IMG/VR virus record: IMGVR_UViG_3300006115_000011
Coordinates: 1 to 56,657 of that record
Direction: 5' to 3' (one strand)
From: a virus
Taxonomy: Duplodnaviria > Caudoviricetes
Length of the DNA stretch: 56,657 nucleotides
Shown: in pieces, positions 18,346-28,864 of the stretch
Position numbering within the stretch: position 1 is the first letter of the stretch
How the letters are laid out: each line of letters opens with the position of its first letter
Program-made: the position numbers and the translations under genes
Notes under the pieces: generated by a model
Database searches by the model: none
What the model was told of the DNA's origin: nothing
The model's input: the letters and a program-made list of their open reading frames with translations, nothing else

Positions 18346-19482
18346 ATGGCTCAATTTAAACCAATGATTAAAATGGAAACTACTGAACCTTCAGTAGAAC
18401 TCAAGCTTAAAAAAGGTGGTCATGCTAAACATCACATGAAAAAAGGTGGTAAAGCTGAACACGGTCACAAACATATGAAACACATGATGGACGGTGGCGT
18501 TCTTGGCGCTTTAGCTGGACAACCAGCTTTAGTTAAAGCACGCAGACCTGCACTTGCAGCTATTGCTAGACCAGCTGCTCCTTCAATGGCTGCTCGTCGC
18601 GCTGCGATGATGGCTAAAAAAGGTGGCGCTGCTAAGCATAAAGCTAAAGGCGGTAAAATCGAGCATCTAGAAGAAGAACTTAAACACCATGAACACATGA
18701 AAGCTGGTAAAGCTCATCATGGCCTTAAAAAAGGTGGTAAGGCTTGCTACGCAGTTGGTGGCACAGTATCTGATTCAGTAGCTAGAAAATATGCAGAAAC
18801 ATTAATGCATACAGATGAGCATATGGATACAGTTAAAGGCCCTACTGGCGGTGTTAAAGAAGGTAATGGTGGTGGCTACAAAAAAGGCGGCAAAGTACAT
18901 CATAAGGCAACTGGTGGTGTTATGGAGTCTAATGCTGGTGGCTACAAAAAAGGCGGTAAGGTAAAACATCACGCTAAAGGTGGTTCTGCTTCAGGCGAAG
19001 AGATTGATCGTTTTGAAGCAAGAAGTGCTATTGAGCATGATGAAGGTCCGTATGAAGAAACTGAAATGCATACTGCCAAAAAAGATAAAGCTCATGGAAC
19101 TGGCGATGTAAAAGAAGGTAACGCTGGTGGTTACAAACATGGCGGTAAGGCTCACCACATGAAAAAAGGTGGTGCATCAAAAAAAGCCTACGCCACGGGG
19201 GGAAGTGTTAATAACGCTGGTCGCGCCGTGGCATTAGTACCAAGAGGTGTTGGAGCTAAAAAAGCACCTCCTGTTGCAATAACAGCGCTATCTGGAACCT
19301 ATAAAAAAGGTGGCAAGGTAGCTTCTGGTAACCGTAAGTTAGAATCAGTTTATGATAGCGAAAATGCTCCAGATGTTCGTGAATCTAAAGCTGATACGCG
19401 TTTGAAATATGACCAAGATACATATCAAGGTCAAAACATTCCAAAGGCACCAACTTACAAAAAACGTGGCGGTAAATGCTAA
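18346..19482 (+). CDS. Lys/His/Gly-rich protein with ~16 [K/A]xGG repeats, ending in GGKC
   Basis: SD TAAGGAG; repeats KKGG, AKGG, AVGG, ATGG, KHGG. Confidence 0.8.
   Translation: MAQFKPMIKMETTEPSVELKLKKGGHAKHHMKKGGKAEHGHKHMKHMMDGGVLGALAGQPALVKARRPALAAIARPAAPSMAARRAAMMAKKGGAAKHKAKGGKIEHLEEELKHHEHMKAGKAHHGLKKGGKACYAVGGTVSDSVARKYAETLMHTDEHMDTVKGPTGGVKEGNGGGYKKGGKVHHKATGGVMESNAGGYKKGGKVKHHAKGGSASGEEIDRFEARSAIEHDEGPYEETEMHTAKKDKAHGTGDVKEGNAGGYKHGGKAHHMKKGGASKKAYATGGSVNNAGRAVALVPRGVGAKKAPPVAITALSGTYKKGGKVASGNRKLESVYDSENAPDVRESKADTRLKYDQDTYQGQNIPKAPTYKKRGGKC
19179..19232 (+). promoter_or_regulatory. Putative programmed -1 ribosomal frameshift signal
   Basis: In-frame A AAA AAA heptamer, 6-nt spacer, GCCACGG/CCGTGGC stem enclosing AGTGTT/AACGCT. 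The -1 frame ends SLRHGGKC-stop at 19209-19211. Confidence 0.7.
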
Positions 19483-19490
19483 CAACAAAT

Positions 19491-19523
19491 TGGTAGGGGG
19501 AGAAATTCCCCCTCCATTTTTTT
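19491..19523 (+). terminator. Rho-independent terminator
   Basis: TGGTAGGGGGA-GAAA-TTCCCCTCCA hairpin followed by a T-run. Confidence 0.8.
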
Positions 19524-19534
19524 AAGGATTAAAT

Positions 19535-20314
19535 ATGAGTAACGCAATAGTTTCATCAATTACAAGACAGGGTGCTTACGAGCCATTTGACTTACAAGTT
19601 GCTCGCAATCAAATTCTTGGCCATACTACTGTAAGTATTTTTGGTTATCAACCATCATTAACTACTACTTCAATTCCAATTTGGGAAAATGCTTCTACAT
19701 ATACATATATTACATCGGCATCAACATTATCATTAGTAAGTACATCTGCATCAGATGATACATCTGCAAAAATTTTAATTAGCGGTTTAGATTCAAACTT
19801 TAACCCTATTTCTGAAACATTAGCAATGAATGGTACTGGTGCTGTAACTACAGTTAATAGTTATTTTAGAGTTAATAGTTTATTAATGACTTCACCTGGA
19901 ACTGGACAAAATACTAATGTAGGCACTATTACATTAAAACAATCATCAAACGTAGTTGCGCAAATTAACGTAGGGATTGGTAAATCACAAAGCACTATTT
20001 TTACAGTGCCAGCAGGTTATACATTTTATTTAGATTTGGCAGAAGTAAATACATCAAATAGCTATACAGGTTCAACAATCGTTACATATAAAGTTCAAGC
20101 AATTAATAATGTAACTGGCGTTAAATTAACTGTATTACAACAGCCATTTGTATCTATTTATACAGCAACTAGATCTCAAGATCCATTTGCTTATTCTGAA
20201 AAAACAGATATTCAATGGCAATTAGTAACTAATACTGGAACGATTGCAGCTGGTGTAATTGTGACTGGTAAGCTAATTCAAAATAACAATACAACAACTG
20301 GTTCAGGTAGTTAA
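19535..20314 (+). CDS. Virion structural protein (259 aa)
   Basis: Thr/Ser-rich; LQVARNQI...FGY, FTVPAGYT and EKTDI motifs seen in phage structural proteins. Confidence 0.7.
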   Translation: MSNAIVSSITRQGAYEPFDLQVARNQILGHTTVSIFGYQPSLTTTSIPIWENASTYTYITSASTLSLVSTSASDDTSAKILISGLDSNFNPISETLAMNGTGAVTTVNSYFRVNSLLMTSPGTGQNTNVGTITLKQSSNVVAQINVGIGKSQSTIFTVPAGYTFYLDLAEVNTSNSYTGSTIVTYKVQAINNVTGVKLTVLQQPFVSIYTATRSQDPFAYSEKTDIQWQLVTNTGTIAAGVIVTGKLIQNNNTTTGSGS

Positions 20315-20316
20315 TT

Positions 20317-20844
20317 ATGCCAAGCGTAAGCAAAAAACAACATAACTTAATGGAAGCTGTGGCTCATAGTTCTTCTTTTGCTAAAAAAGTAGGTATACCA
20401 CAACATGTTGGAAAAGATTTTGCTGAAGCAGACAAAGGTAAAAAGTTTGCTAAAGGTGGTTTATATGCAAATATTCATGCTAAACAAGAGCGTATAGCTC
20501 ATGGTAGTCACGAACATATGCGTAAGCCTGGATCAAAAGGCGCACCAACTGCTGAAGCATTTAAAAAGTCAGCATTAACTGCAAAACCAATGAAAGAAGG
20601 TGGCCCATCTCTAGCGGTAGGACGCGGTGAGAAGTTACCTACAAAACAAGGCGCAGGGCTAACAGCAAAAGGCCGTGCTAAATATAATCGAGAAACAGGT
20701 AGTCACTTAAAGGCACCACAACCTCAAGGAGGTTCACGTAAGAATAGCTTTTGTGCGCGTATGTCAGGTGTTGTAAAACACTCATCAGGCGACGCTCCTA
20801 GAGCAAAAGCTTCCTTAAGACGTTGGAAATGCCCAGGGTGGTAA
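20317..20844 (+). CDS. Basic three-module protein; C-terminal module DUF6321-like
   Basis: Modules MPSVSKKQHN..., GLYANIHAKQERI... and GAGLTAKGRAKYN...SFCARM...SLRRWKC, joined by FAKGG and MKEGG. Confidence 0.7.
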   Translation: MPSVSKKQHNLMEAVAHSSSFAKKVGIPQHVGKDFAEADKGKKFAKGGLYANIHAKQERIAHGSHEHMRKPGSKGAPTAEAFKKSALTAKPMKEGGPSLAVGRGEKLPTKQGAGLTAKGRAKYNRETGSHLKAPQPQGGSRKNSFCARMSGVVKHSSGDAPRAKASLRRWKCPGW

Positions 20845-20853
20845 AAGGACAAT

Positions 20854-21936
20854 ATGGCTTACTCTGGTACCGTTGGAACAACTGTAATAAGTGTTCAACA
20901 ATTAATAGATCATGGAGCAAGACGATGCGGTAAACTTGCTGAAGAACTTACTTCAGAGCAAGTATTATCTGCAAAAGAATCTCTTTACTTTTTTTTATCA
21001 AGTCTTATTAACATTGGCATTCAATATTGGGCCATTAATAAGACCGTAATAGGCTGTATAGCTGATAATTATATCTATCCCTTACCTTTGGGTTCAGTTG
21101 ATGTTTTAAATGCGTTATATCGCACTATAAACCGTCCTAGCGGTGGTTATACATCGTCTACTAGCTCATCTTTTGGAAACCTTGCTAACGTTTATGATGG
21201 AAATACATCAACTTATTACGTTCAAGCCAATCCAAACGGCAATATTCAAGTTAACTATGGCACTAATAACAATGTCTATATTGCTTCCATAGGTATTATG
21301 CCTTACGTTGCTGGCGGTGGTAGCGCATCATGGACTTATGTATTTGAATACTCTATAGATGGAACTAACTGGCTTACATTAAATGGCCCAACAACAGCCA
21401 CAGTAACAGATGGCCAATGGATTTGGACAGATATTAATCCTGGTCAAAACGTTCAATACTACAGAATTAGTGCTGAAAATGGCACAACGTTATCTTTAAG
21501 AGAACTATTCTTTGGTAACAATACATTAGAAGTTATGATGTCACGATTAAATCGCGATGACTATACAAACTTACCTAATAAAAACTTTGCAGCAAATCAG
21601 CCGTATCAATTTTGGGTAGACAGAAATGTTCCTCAACCTAATATTTATATTTGGCCTACACCGTCTAATTCTTTTGTTCAAGTTACTTGCTGGTATTCAC
21701 GTCAAATTATGGACGTAGGTGCATTAAATGGCCAGTTAGAAATTCCACAACGTTGGTATGAAGCAGTTGTCAATAACTTGGCACATAAAATGTCTATGGA
21801 ACTTCCACAAGTTGACATTAACCGAATACAATACTTAGAAACTCAAGCTGCTAAATCATTAAACGAAGCAGAACAAGAAGAAAGAGATAAATCACCAATT
21901 TATTGGGCGCCAAATATTAGCGTTTACACAAGATAA
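20854..21936 (+). CDS. Head-tail adaptor-like protein with an inserted discoidin/F5-8C-like domain
   Basis: MAYSGT...RxDYxxLPNK...IWPxP...EERD framework; insert NVYDGNTSTY...YSIDGTNW...YYRI...LREL. Confidence 0.65.
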   Translation: MAYSGTVGTTVISVQQLIDHGARRCGKLAEELTSEQVLSAKESLYFFLSSLINIGIQYWAINKTVIGCIADNYIYPLPLGSVDVLNALYRTINRPSGGYTSSTSSSFGNLANVYDGNTSTYYVQANPNGNIQVNYGTNNNVYIASIGIMPYVAGGGSASWTYVFEYSIDGTNWLTLNGPTTATVTDGQWIWTDINPGQNVQYYRISAENGTTLSLRELFFGNNTLEVMMSRLNRDDYTNLPNKNFAANQPYQFWVDRNVPQPNIYIWPTPSNSFVQVTCWYSRQIMDVGALNGQLEIPQRWYEAVVNNLAHKMSMELPQVDINRIQYLETQAAKSLNEAEQEERDKSPIYWAPNISVYTR

Positions 21937-22304
21937 TGCCAATATTTATAGATACACTAGGCTATTCAACGATTGCGATAGCTGTATGCGATAGATGCAA
22001 GATGAAAAGACCACTTGCAACATTATCATCTGATCCTAACTTTCCAGGCTTAAGAGTCTGCGATCAAGGATGTAAAGATCAGTATGATCCATATCGTTTA
22101 GCAGCAAGAAAAACTGAAAGAATTAACCTAAGATTTCCGCGTGTAGATACAAATATTGCTGTAGTACCTGACGCAATAATTACTGGCGGAATTACAAGTG
22201 TATTTGAGCTTTCACCAGAGCAAAATACACAAACACCTGAAAACAACGGAAACTTGGATACTTTGGCACCATCACCAAACCCAAGTCCAGATAATACGAA
22301 CTAA
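21936..22304 (+). CDS. Cys4 zinc-finger-like neck/tail-associated protein
   Basis: CDRC...GLRVCxxxCxD motif; coupled to the adaptor gene. Confidence 0.7.
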   Translation: MPIFIDTLGYSTIAIAVCDRCKMKRPLATLSSDPNFPGLRVCDQGCKDQYDPYRLAARKTERINLRFPRVDTNIAVVPDAIITGGITSVFELSPEQNTQTPENNGNLDTLAPSPNPSPDNTN

Positions 22305-22313
22305 GGACTATTA

Positions 22314-25300
22314 ATGGCTAATGTACAGATAACCCAATTACCACAGGCTGGAGCAATTACAGGAACTGAAGCCGTACCTATAGTGCAGAATGGCGTAACA
22401 GTTCAAACAACAACTGGCAACATAGCAGGATCACCTACACAAACTGCTTCATTCTTAGAAGTTAGTTTATCAGGCACTACACCTAATGCACGTTATCTAG
22501 CTCCAAACGGAACATTAACAGCTATAGACGGTGGCTCTGGATCATCTTATTCATTAGGTATTGCATCAAACGTAGCGTTACCTGGTACTGCTGGTGCAGT
22601 TCTTCCAACAGGAACTACAGCTCAACGTGGCGGTACAAACGGACAAATTCGTTATAACTCAGATGTAGGTATATTTGAAGGCCAAGCAAACGGCGGATGG
22701 ATTACATTAGGTAACCCAAATGCATCTTCTATTAATATTACAGCAAGCACTGGTATCACATTAACACCAAATCCAATTACACAATCTGGAACGGTTGCTA
22801 TTTCAAATACTGGAGTTACACCTGGATCATATGGATCAGGTACAGCTATTCCAACATTTACTGTTAACGCACAAGGTCAACTCACAGCAGCTGGATCAGT
22901 TTCTGTAAGCTTCTTAAACTACTTAGGTACATGGAACGCTTCAACTAATACACCAACGCTTACATCAGGCACAGGCGTTAAAAACTCATACTATGTAGTA
23001 TCAGTTGCTGGTACGACAACACTTGATGGCATTTCATTATGGTCAGTAGGTGATTGGGCCATCTTTAATGGCACTGTATGGGAAAAAGTAAACGGTTCAT
23101 CATCCGAAGCATTCAATACAATTACTTTAGTAGGTGCTATATCAGCATCATCTAACATAGGTGCATTATCTTACGGAACTTTAAGTTATTCAGATACAAA
23201 CATATTTGCATCTTTTGCTAACAGTGTTAATGCATACAATCAAATCGTATTACAAAACAAGAGTAACGGCGCATCAGCTTCTACAAACTTTAATATTTCT
23301 AACGATCAAGCATCAGCAACTACTAACTATGGTGAGTTTGGTATTAACTCATCAGGATTTAGTGGAACAGGCGCATTTAACACAGCAGGTAGCGTATATC
23401 TAGCTGCAGCTTCTACAGATTTAGCAATAGGTACTTATGGCTCTAACGCTATCCACTTTGTTGTAAATAGTGGTGCTACAGACGCTATGACCATTAATAC
23501 TTCTAATGCAGTAGCATTTAATGGATTATACGGAACATCTGGACAAGTATTAACATCAGGCGGATCAACAGGAACACCTACATGGGTATCTCAAAGCTCT
23601 CTTGGCGTAACAATTACAGTTGGCACTACACCTGTAGCAAGCGGAACTTCTGGTTACATACTTTATAATAATGCAGGAGTATTAGGTAACTTATCAACAA
23701 CAGGAACTGCTGGATCCGTAGTTTTATCTAACTCTCCAACAATTGCTACACCTACATTCTCAACATCTGCTACAACACCATTGCTTCTTGGTGGAACAAC
23801 TGCTACATCATCATTAACATTACAATCAACATCTGGCACTGGTACAACAGATTCAATTCTATTTAAAGTTGGCACGAATGGATCATTAACACCATTATCA
23901 ATCAATGATGCTTCTGGTTCACCTAACTTAACTATAGCATCAAGCACAAAAATAATTGGTGACTTTAGCAACACTACATTAACAAGCAGAACTGTATTTA
24001 CATCATCAGCTACTAATAGTAATCCTGGTATTTATGTTATTCCAAACGGAACTGCAACAGCTGCTTCATGGCAGGCCGCTAATAATTCAACAATAACCAA
24101 TGCATCTAAGATTCTTATTGCTACTAATGGAACTACCGATGTTCAATTAGTTTCAGGTGTTAATGGAACTGGTAGCTACTTACCATTATCTTTCTATAAT
24201 GGCGGCTCACAACTCATGCAGTTGGGTACTTCAGCAACATCAACTAACTTTGCAATTGGTTTAAGCACATCACCATCAACATCTATTAACTTACTTGTAG
24301 GTGGATCAGGATCTATTACAGGTGCTACAACGGCATGGGCAAGCTTATTTAATGGAACTATTGCATCAACCGTAACTGCTTTTGCAGGAGCCGTAGAATC
24401 ACAAGTTTCTGCATCAGCTGCATCATTTACATTATCACAATTAGCTCATTTCTATGCTAACCCTAACGCAGGTGGTTCTGGATCAACAGTTACTTCACAA
24501 TACGGATTCTTTGCTGAATCAACCATTGGTACACAAGGTGGCGCAACAGTAACCAATGCTTATGGCTTCTATAGCAATATAGCTTCAGGAACTAATAAAT
24601 ACGGATTCTATAATGCTGGTAATGCGGCCAATAACTTAGGCACTGGATCTACATCTATTGGAACATTAACATTATCAAATGCTTTAGGTGTAACTTATGG
24701 TGGCACTGGAACTTCAACTGCTCCTACTGTAGGTGCTATTCCTTATGGCGCAAGCACAACGGCCTTAGCTTATTTAGCAGGTAATACAACCACAACACCA
24801 CAGTTCTTAACATCAACTGGCACAGGTTCTGCTGCACAAGCACCAACATTAACAAGCTCTACTGGATCAGGTAACGTAGTATTAGCAACGTCACCAACAA
24901 TTACTGGTACACCTTCTATCGGTACAGCAGGTAGCACTACAACATTATTAGGTAATATTTCAGCAACTACTGCATCACAAACTGTAACTATTACACCATC
25001 TGGTTTAGTAACAATATCACCTACTGGTGGTTTAACAATTTCACCTACAACAGTTGCTGGTACTATTAACAATACTTCAATTGGTGTTACAACGGCAGCA
25101 GCTGGTAACTTTACAACAATAGGTGCTTCATCTACTGGCACTGGTGCATTTACTACATTAACAGCTTCTACATCAGTATCAACGCCAGCTATGGCTTCTG
25201 GTAGCGTATTGCAAATATCAGCTGGTAAAACAGCAGTTACTTCCCTTACATTATCAGGTACAGCTCAATCATTTGGTACATCACTTGCTGGTCAAACATT

Positions 25301-25700
25301 AACCACTGGCCAAGTTTATCGTGTAAGAGCATTTGGTACATTAGCAGCTATTTCTTCAGCTAACACACGTCAAGTTCAAATAACATGCTACTGGGGAGCT
25401 ACAGCATTAACTTCAATTACTTCTGGTAGCGTTTTAGCTTCAACAGCACAAACAACTAACTGGAACGTTGAATTTATTTTAACTGCTTCATCTTCAACTG
25501 CTATTTGGACAACTGGTCAATTATATGCAACATTCCAAACATCTGGCACAACTAACGCATTAGTGCCTTATGCTGCAACACCTGCATCTACAACAGGTTT
25601 AACATCTGCATCAACATTGATCATACAAGCTATATCTTCAGGTACAGCAACATCTGATGTACTTAACGTTCAATCAGTAACTATAGAAAGACTCGTATAA
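22314..25700 (+). CDS. Tail fibre protein (1128 aa)
   Basis: [11 protein letters not shown]-terminal anchor; PTGTTAQR...[14 protein letters not shown]...VNAQGQLT and [12 protein letters not shown] fibre motifs. Confidence 0.85.
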   Translation: MANVQITQLPQAGAITGTEAVPIVQNGVTVQTTTGNIAGSPTQTASFLEVSLSGTTPNARYLAPNGTLTAIDGGSGSSYSLGIASNVALPGTAGAVLPTGTTAQRGGTNGQIRYNSDVGIFEGQANGGWITLGNPNASSINITASTGITLTPNPITQSGTVAISNTGVTPGSYGSGTAIPTFTVNAQGQLTAAGSVSVSFLNYLGTWNASTNTPTLTSGTGVKNSYYVVSVAGTTTLDGISLWSVGDWAIFNGTVWEKVNGSSSEAFNTITLVGAISASSNIGALSYGTLSYSDTNIFASFANSVNAYNQIVLQNKSNGASASTNFNISNDQASATTNYGEFGINSSGFSGTGAFNTAGSVYLAAASTDLAIGTYGSNAIHFVVNSGATDAMTINTSNAVAFNGLYGTSGQVLTSGGSTGTPTWVSQSSLGVTITVGTTPVASGTSGYILYNNAGVLGNLSTTGTAGSVVLSNSPTIATPTFSTSATTPLLLGGTTATSSLTLQSTSGTGTTDSILFKVGTNGSLTPLSINDASGSPNLTIASSTKIIGDFSNTTLTSRTVFTSSATNSNPGIYVIPNGTATAASWQAANNSTITNASKILIATNGTTDVQLVSGVNGTGSYLPLSFYNGGSQLMQLGTSATSTNFAIGLSTSPSTSINLLVGGSGSITGATTAWASLFNGTIASTVTAFAGAVESQVSASAASFTLSQLAHFYANPNAGGSGSTVTSQYGFFAESTIGTQGGATVTNAYGFYSNIASGTNKYGFYNAGNAANNLGTGSTSIGTLTLSNALGVTYGGTGTSTAPTVGAIPYGASTTALAYLAGNTTTTPQFLTSTGTGSAAQAPTLTSSTGSGNVVLATSPTITGTPSIGTAGSTTTLLGNISATTASQTVTITPSGLVTISPTGGLTISPTTVAGTINNTSIGVTTAAAGNFTTIGASSTGTGAFTTLTASTSVSTPAMASGSVLQISAGKTAVTSLTLSGTAQSFGTSLAGQTLTTGQVYRVRAFGTLAAISSANTRQVQITCYWGATALTSITSGSVLASTAQTTNWNVEFILTASSSTAIWTTGQLYATFQTSGTTNALVPYAATPASTTGLTSASTLIIQAISSGTATSDVLNVQSVTIERLV

Positions 25701-25701
25701 C

Positions 25702-27117
25702 ATGGCACAAACTGGATATACACCAATACTACTTTATTACAGCACATCAGCTGGAGTAACTCCTTCCGCTTCTAACTTGGCTAATGGTGAGTTAGCTCTT
25801 AATGTTACTGACGGAAAACTTTTCTTTAATCAAGGCGGAACAGTACAAACATTAGCAAGTACTGCAACTACCGATCCAACTAATGTAAATATTACTGGCG
25901 GTAAAATTAATGGCACAAGCATTGGCTATACAACACAATCTGGTGGCGTATTTAATGCGCTTGTAGATACTGCATTAACGCAAAACCAAGTTCTTTATAC
26001 TGGTTATGCTGGCCTATTATCTGGAAGCTCTGCATTTACATTTAATCCAACAACCAATATAACAACGCATACTGGATCTATTTCTGTAGGCGCTGACTCT
26101 CAATTTACATCCACTGGATCATTACAAATTCCAACTGGAACAACATCACAACGTCCAAGCCCAATATCTAATGCTGGTTTAATACGTTTTAATACTACTT
26201 TATTTACGTTTGAAGGTTTTGCATCAACCGCAACAAACGCAATTACAGCATCTATCAGTAACGGTTCAGGCCAAGCTGGTACAACACTTAACGTATCTTC
26301 AGTTACATCATCAACACTTGCCGTAGGCCAATACATTACAGGCACAGTAGGCGGTACTTCATTTACTGGCGCTATTTCAGGAACAACACTAACTGTAAGC
26401 GCAGTGGCTTCTGGATCATTGGCAGTAGGAACAATCGTGTCTGGATCATCTACTGCATCAGTTGCAGGTTATATTAGTAATGGCACATCAGGAACGGCTG
26501 GAACTGTATTAACAGTAACATCAGTTACTTCAGGTGCTTTAGCTGTAGGAACTTATATTACAGGCACAGGCGTAAGCGTAGGCACACAAATTACTGCATT
26601 AGGAACTGGTACAGGCGGCACAGGAACATACACTGTAAACGTATCTCAAGTAGTAGGCACATCAGGCACTCCTGTAACATTTACTGGAACATCTATTGTT
26701 GCCACTAATACAACAATTACAGCGCTTGGAACAGGAACTGGCCAAACAGGTACATATACTGTAAATACATCACAATATATTCCATCAACATCAAGTTTAT
26801 CTGGATCTATACAAATAGCATCTGGAACGCAAATTACAGCGCTAGGCACAGGTACAGGTGGCACAGGTACTTATACAGTTAATAACTCACAATTAGTTCC
26901 AAACGGTTCATTAACATCAGTGACTGGTATTTGGGGATCAATTGGTGGTGGTGCTACAGGCTCAGGCGGTGATACTGTGTTCTACATTAACAGTAATACG
27001 ATTACAACATCGTATACATTGCCAACTGGTAAAAATGCAATGTCTACTGGCCCAATTACATTGAACGCTTCACAAACAGTTACAATACCTTCTGGTCAAC
27101 GTTACGTAGTTCTATAG
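25702..27117 (+). CDS. Tail fibre protein with three nested beta-domain copies
   Basis: [17 protein letters not shown]-terminus; three [22 protein letters not shown] repeats; [10 protein letters not shown]-terminus. Confidence 0.85.
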   Translation: MAQTGYTPILLYYSTSAGVTPSASNLANGELALNVTDGKLFFNQGGTVQTLASTATTDPTNVNITGGKINGTSIGYTTQSGGVFNALVDTALTQNQVLYTGYAGLLSGSSAFTFNPTTNITTHTGSISVGADSQFTSTGSLQIPTGTTSQRPSPISNAGLIRFNTTLFTFEGFASTATNAITASISNGSGQAGTTLNVSSVTSSTLAVGQYITGTVGGTSFTGAISGTTLTVSAVASGSLAVGTIVSGSSTASVAGYISNGTSGTAGTVLTVTSVTSGALAVGTYITGTGVSVGTQITALGTGTGGTGTYTVNVSQVVGTSGTPVTFTGTSIVATNTTITALGTGTGQTGTYTVNTSQYIPSTSSLSGSIQIASGTQITALGTGTGGTGTYTVNNSQLVPNGSLTSVTGIWGSIGGGATGSGGDTVFYINSNTITTSYTLPTGKNAMSTGPITLNASQTVTIPSGQRYVVL

Positions 27118-27125
27118 GATAAAAC

Positions 27126-27755
27126 ATGGCAGCGATTATTAATGCAAACTCAACTGGACTTATATATACACCTGATAACTCTGGAACATTACAGTTACAA
27201 ACAGGCGGTACAACAGCATTAACTATTAACTCATCACAGTTAGTAACCTTTGCTAATCCTCCAGCAATTACAGGCGCTGTTACTTTAGGTACATCACTTA
27301 CAACTCCAATATTAACATCTACTGGATCGCTTACATTACAGTCTGGAAGCACTAACGCATTAGTATTAGATACATCACAAAACTTACAGTTTAATAGTGG
27401 CTTTGGCTCTGTTGCTACAGCTTACGGTTGCCGCGCATGGTGTAATCTTACATGGAACGGAACTACATTAACAATTCGTGGTAGTGGTGGCGTATCTTCT
27501 GTATCACGTATATCTACTGGCGTATATCAAATTAACTTTTCAACAACTATGCCAGATGCTAACTATTGCGTAGTTGGAACATCTGCTCAATATAACGCAT
27601 CAGCTGCTATACCCGCTAATGTTTTATGTGAATATTTATCGGCATCTAATACATTTGCTTATAAAACAACAACAGGTGTTCAAGTATATAACGGTGATAA
27701 TAATACTGATGCAGCCGAAGACTCATTTTCATGTAATGTAGCTATATTTAGGTAA
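27126..27755 (+). CDS. Tail fibre tip/receptor-binding protein, paralogue 1
   Basis: GCRAWCN...SGGVSSV...GVYQINF...MPDANY. Confidence 0.75.
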   Translation: MAAIINANSTGLIYTPDNSGTLQLQTGGTTALTINSSQLVTFANPPAITGAVTLGTSLTTPILTSTGSLTLQSGSTNALVLDTSQNLQFNSGFGSVATAYGCRAWCNLTWNGTTLTIRGSGGVSSVSRISTGVYQINFSTTMPDANYCVVGTSAQYNASAAIPANVLCEYLSASNTFAYKTTTGVQVYNGDNNTDAAEDSFSCNVAIFR

Positions 27756-27760
27756 ACATC

Positions 27761-28402
27761 ATGGCATCCATAATTAACGCCAGTAAAAATAGCGGAATTG
27801 TAAGTAGCTCTGATGGAACAAATGCTTTACAGTTGCAAACATATAATGTCCCAGCAATTTCTGTTAACTCATCACAAGTGGCCACAATTAGCGGACCAGT
27901 ATCAAGTACAACATTAGGCACTGGAATTACAAGTTTTCAAACGCCATTGGTTACAACATCTGGAACATTAACATTACAGTCAAACTCAACTGCTGGATTA
28001 ACATTAGATACATTTCAAACTTTAAGGTTTAATAGCGGTTTTGGATCTAACGCTATTGCTTTTGGATGTCGTGCTTGGGTAAATTTTGGATATAACGGAA
28101 CTAATATTGTTGTTAGAGGAAGTGGAAATATAGCTTCTGTAACAAGGATTTCTGGACAAGCAACAGGAGTATTTCAAATAGCTTTTATTAATCCAATGCC
28201 AGATGCTTTATATTCAATTGTGGGAAGCGCTTGTGTCTATAGTGCTGGTTTTGGAGTTTCTTCAGCTCTCATTGTTAGTGAATGGCAACCTGGATCTCAA
28301 GAAGTTATAAGAACAAACACATTTATTCAAATAGCCACAATTGATAATTCTAGCGACACTTTATTTGATCCATGGTCATGTAACATTGCAATTTTTAGAT
28401 AA
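27761..28402 (+). CDS. Tail fibre tip/receptor-binding protein, paralogue 2
   Basis: Collinear with 27126-27755 (FNSGFGS...GCRAWVN...MPDA...SCNIAIFR). Confidence 0.75.
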   Translation: MASIINASKNSGIVSSSDGTNALQLQTYNVPAISVNSSQVATISGPVSSTTLGTGITSFQTPLVTTSGTLTLQSNSTAGLTLDTFQTLRFNSGFGSNAIAFGCRAWVNFGYNGTNIVVRGSGNIASVTRISGQATGVFQIAFINPMPDALYSIVGSACVYSAGFGVSSALIVSEWQPGSQEVIRTNTFIQIATIDNSSDTLFDPWSCNIAIFR

Positions 28403-28411
28403 GGAAAAAAT

Positions 28412-28864
28412 ATGAGTAATTTTGTTTTAAATGGAGATTCAAGCGGTAGCTTAACATTACAAGCTCCATCGGTAGCAGGTTCTACTGTTGCTACATTTCA
28501 AGCAGTCACAGGTAACGTTCAAGTTGACGGTGGCCCAGTAAGTGATAATCAAGGTAACGTACGTTCAACACCAATTAACTCACAAACAACTGCTTACACA
28601 TTAGTTGCTACTGATAACGGTAAAACAATATCAATCACTACTGGCGGCGTAACAGTTCCAGCAGCAATATTTAGCGCTGGTAACATTATTAGCATTTATA
28701 ACAACTCAGCATCAGCGCAAACTATTACGCAAGGTACAAGTGCTACCATGACATTAGCTGGTACTGTAACAACTGGTAACAGAACATTGGCTGCTAACGG
28801 TATTGCAACAGTATTATGCGTAGCATCTAACACGTTTGTTATCTCTGGAGCAGGTCTAAGCTAA
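28412..28864 (+). CDS. Tail fibre-associated protein
   Basis: LxGDSSGSLTLQAP...YTLVATDNGK...ISGAGLS. Confidence 0.7.
   Translation: MSNFVLNGDSSGSLTLQAPSVAGSTVATFQAVTGNVQVDGGPVSDNQGNVRSTPINSQTTAYTLVATDNGKTISITTGGVTVPAAIFSAGNIISIYNNSASAQTITQGTSATMTLAGTVTTGNRTLAANGIATVLCVASNTFVISGAGLS

Noticed and set aside
26580-26885. Nucleotide direct repeats resembling CRISPR or DGR repeats
   Set aside because: They encode protein repeats. There is no spacer structure, reverse transcriptase or cas gene.
23663-27352. Several antisense ORFs in fibre genes (also 37359, 39932, 40748)
   Set aside because: Val/Pro/Asp-rich shadows of Thr/Gly/Ser codons, with no evidence of independent coding.
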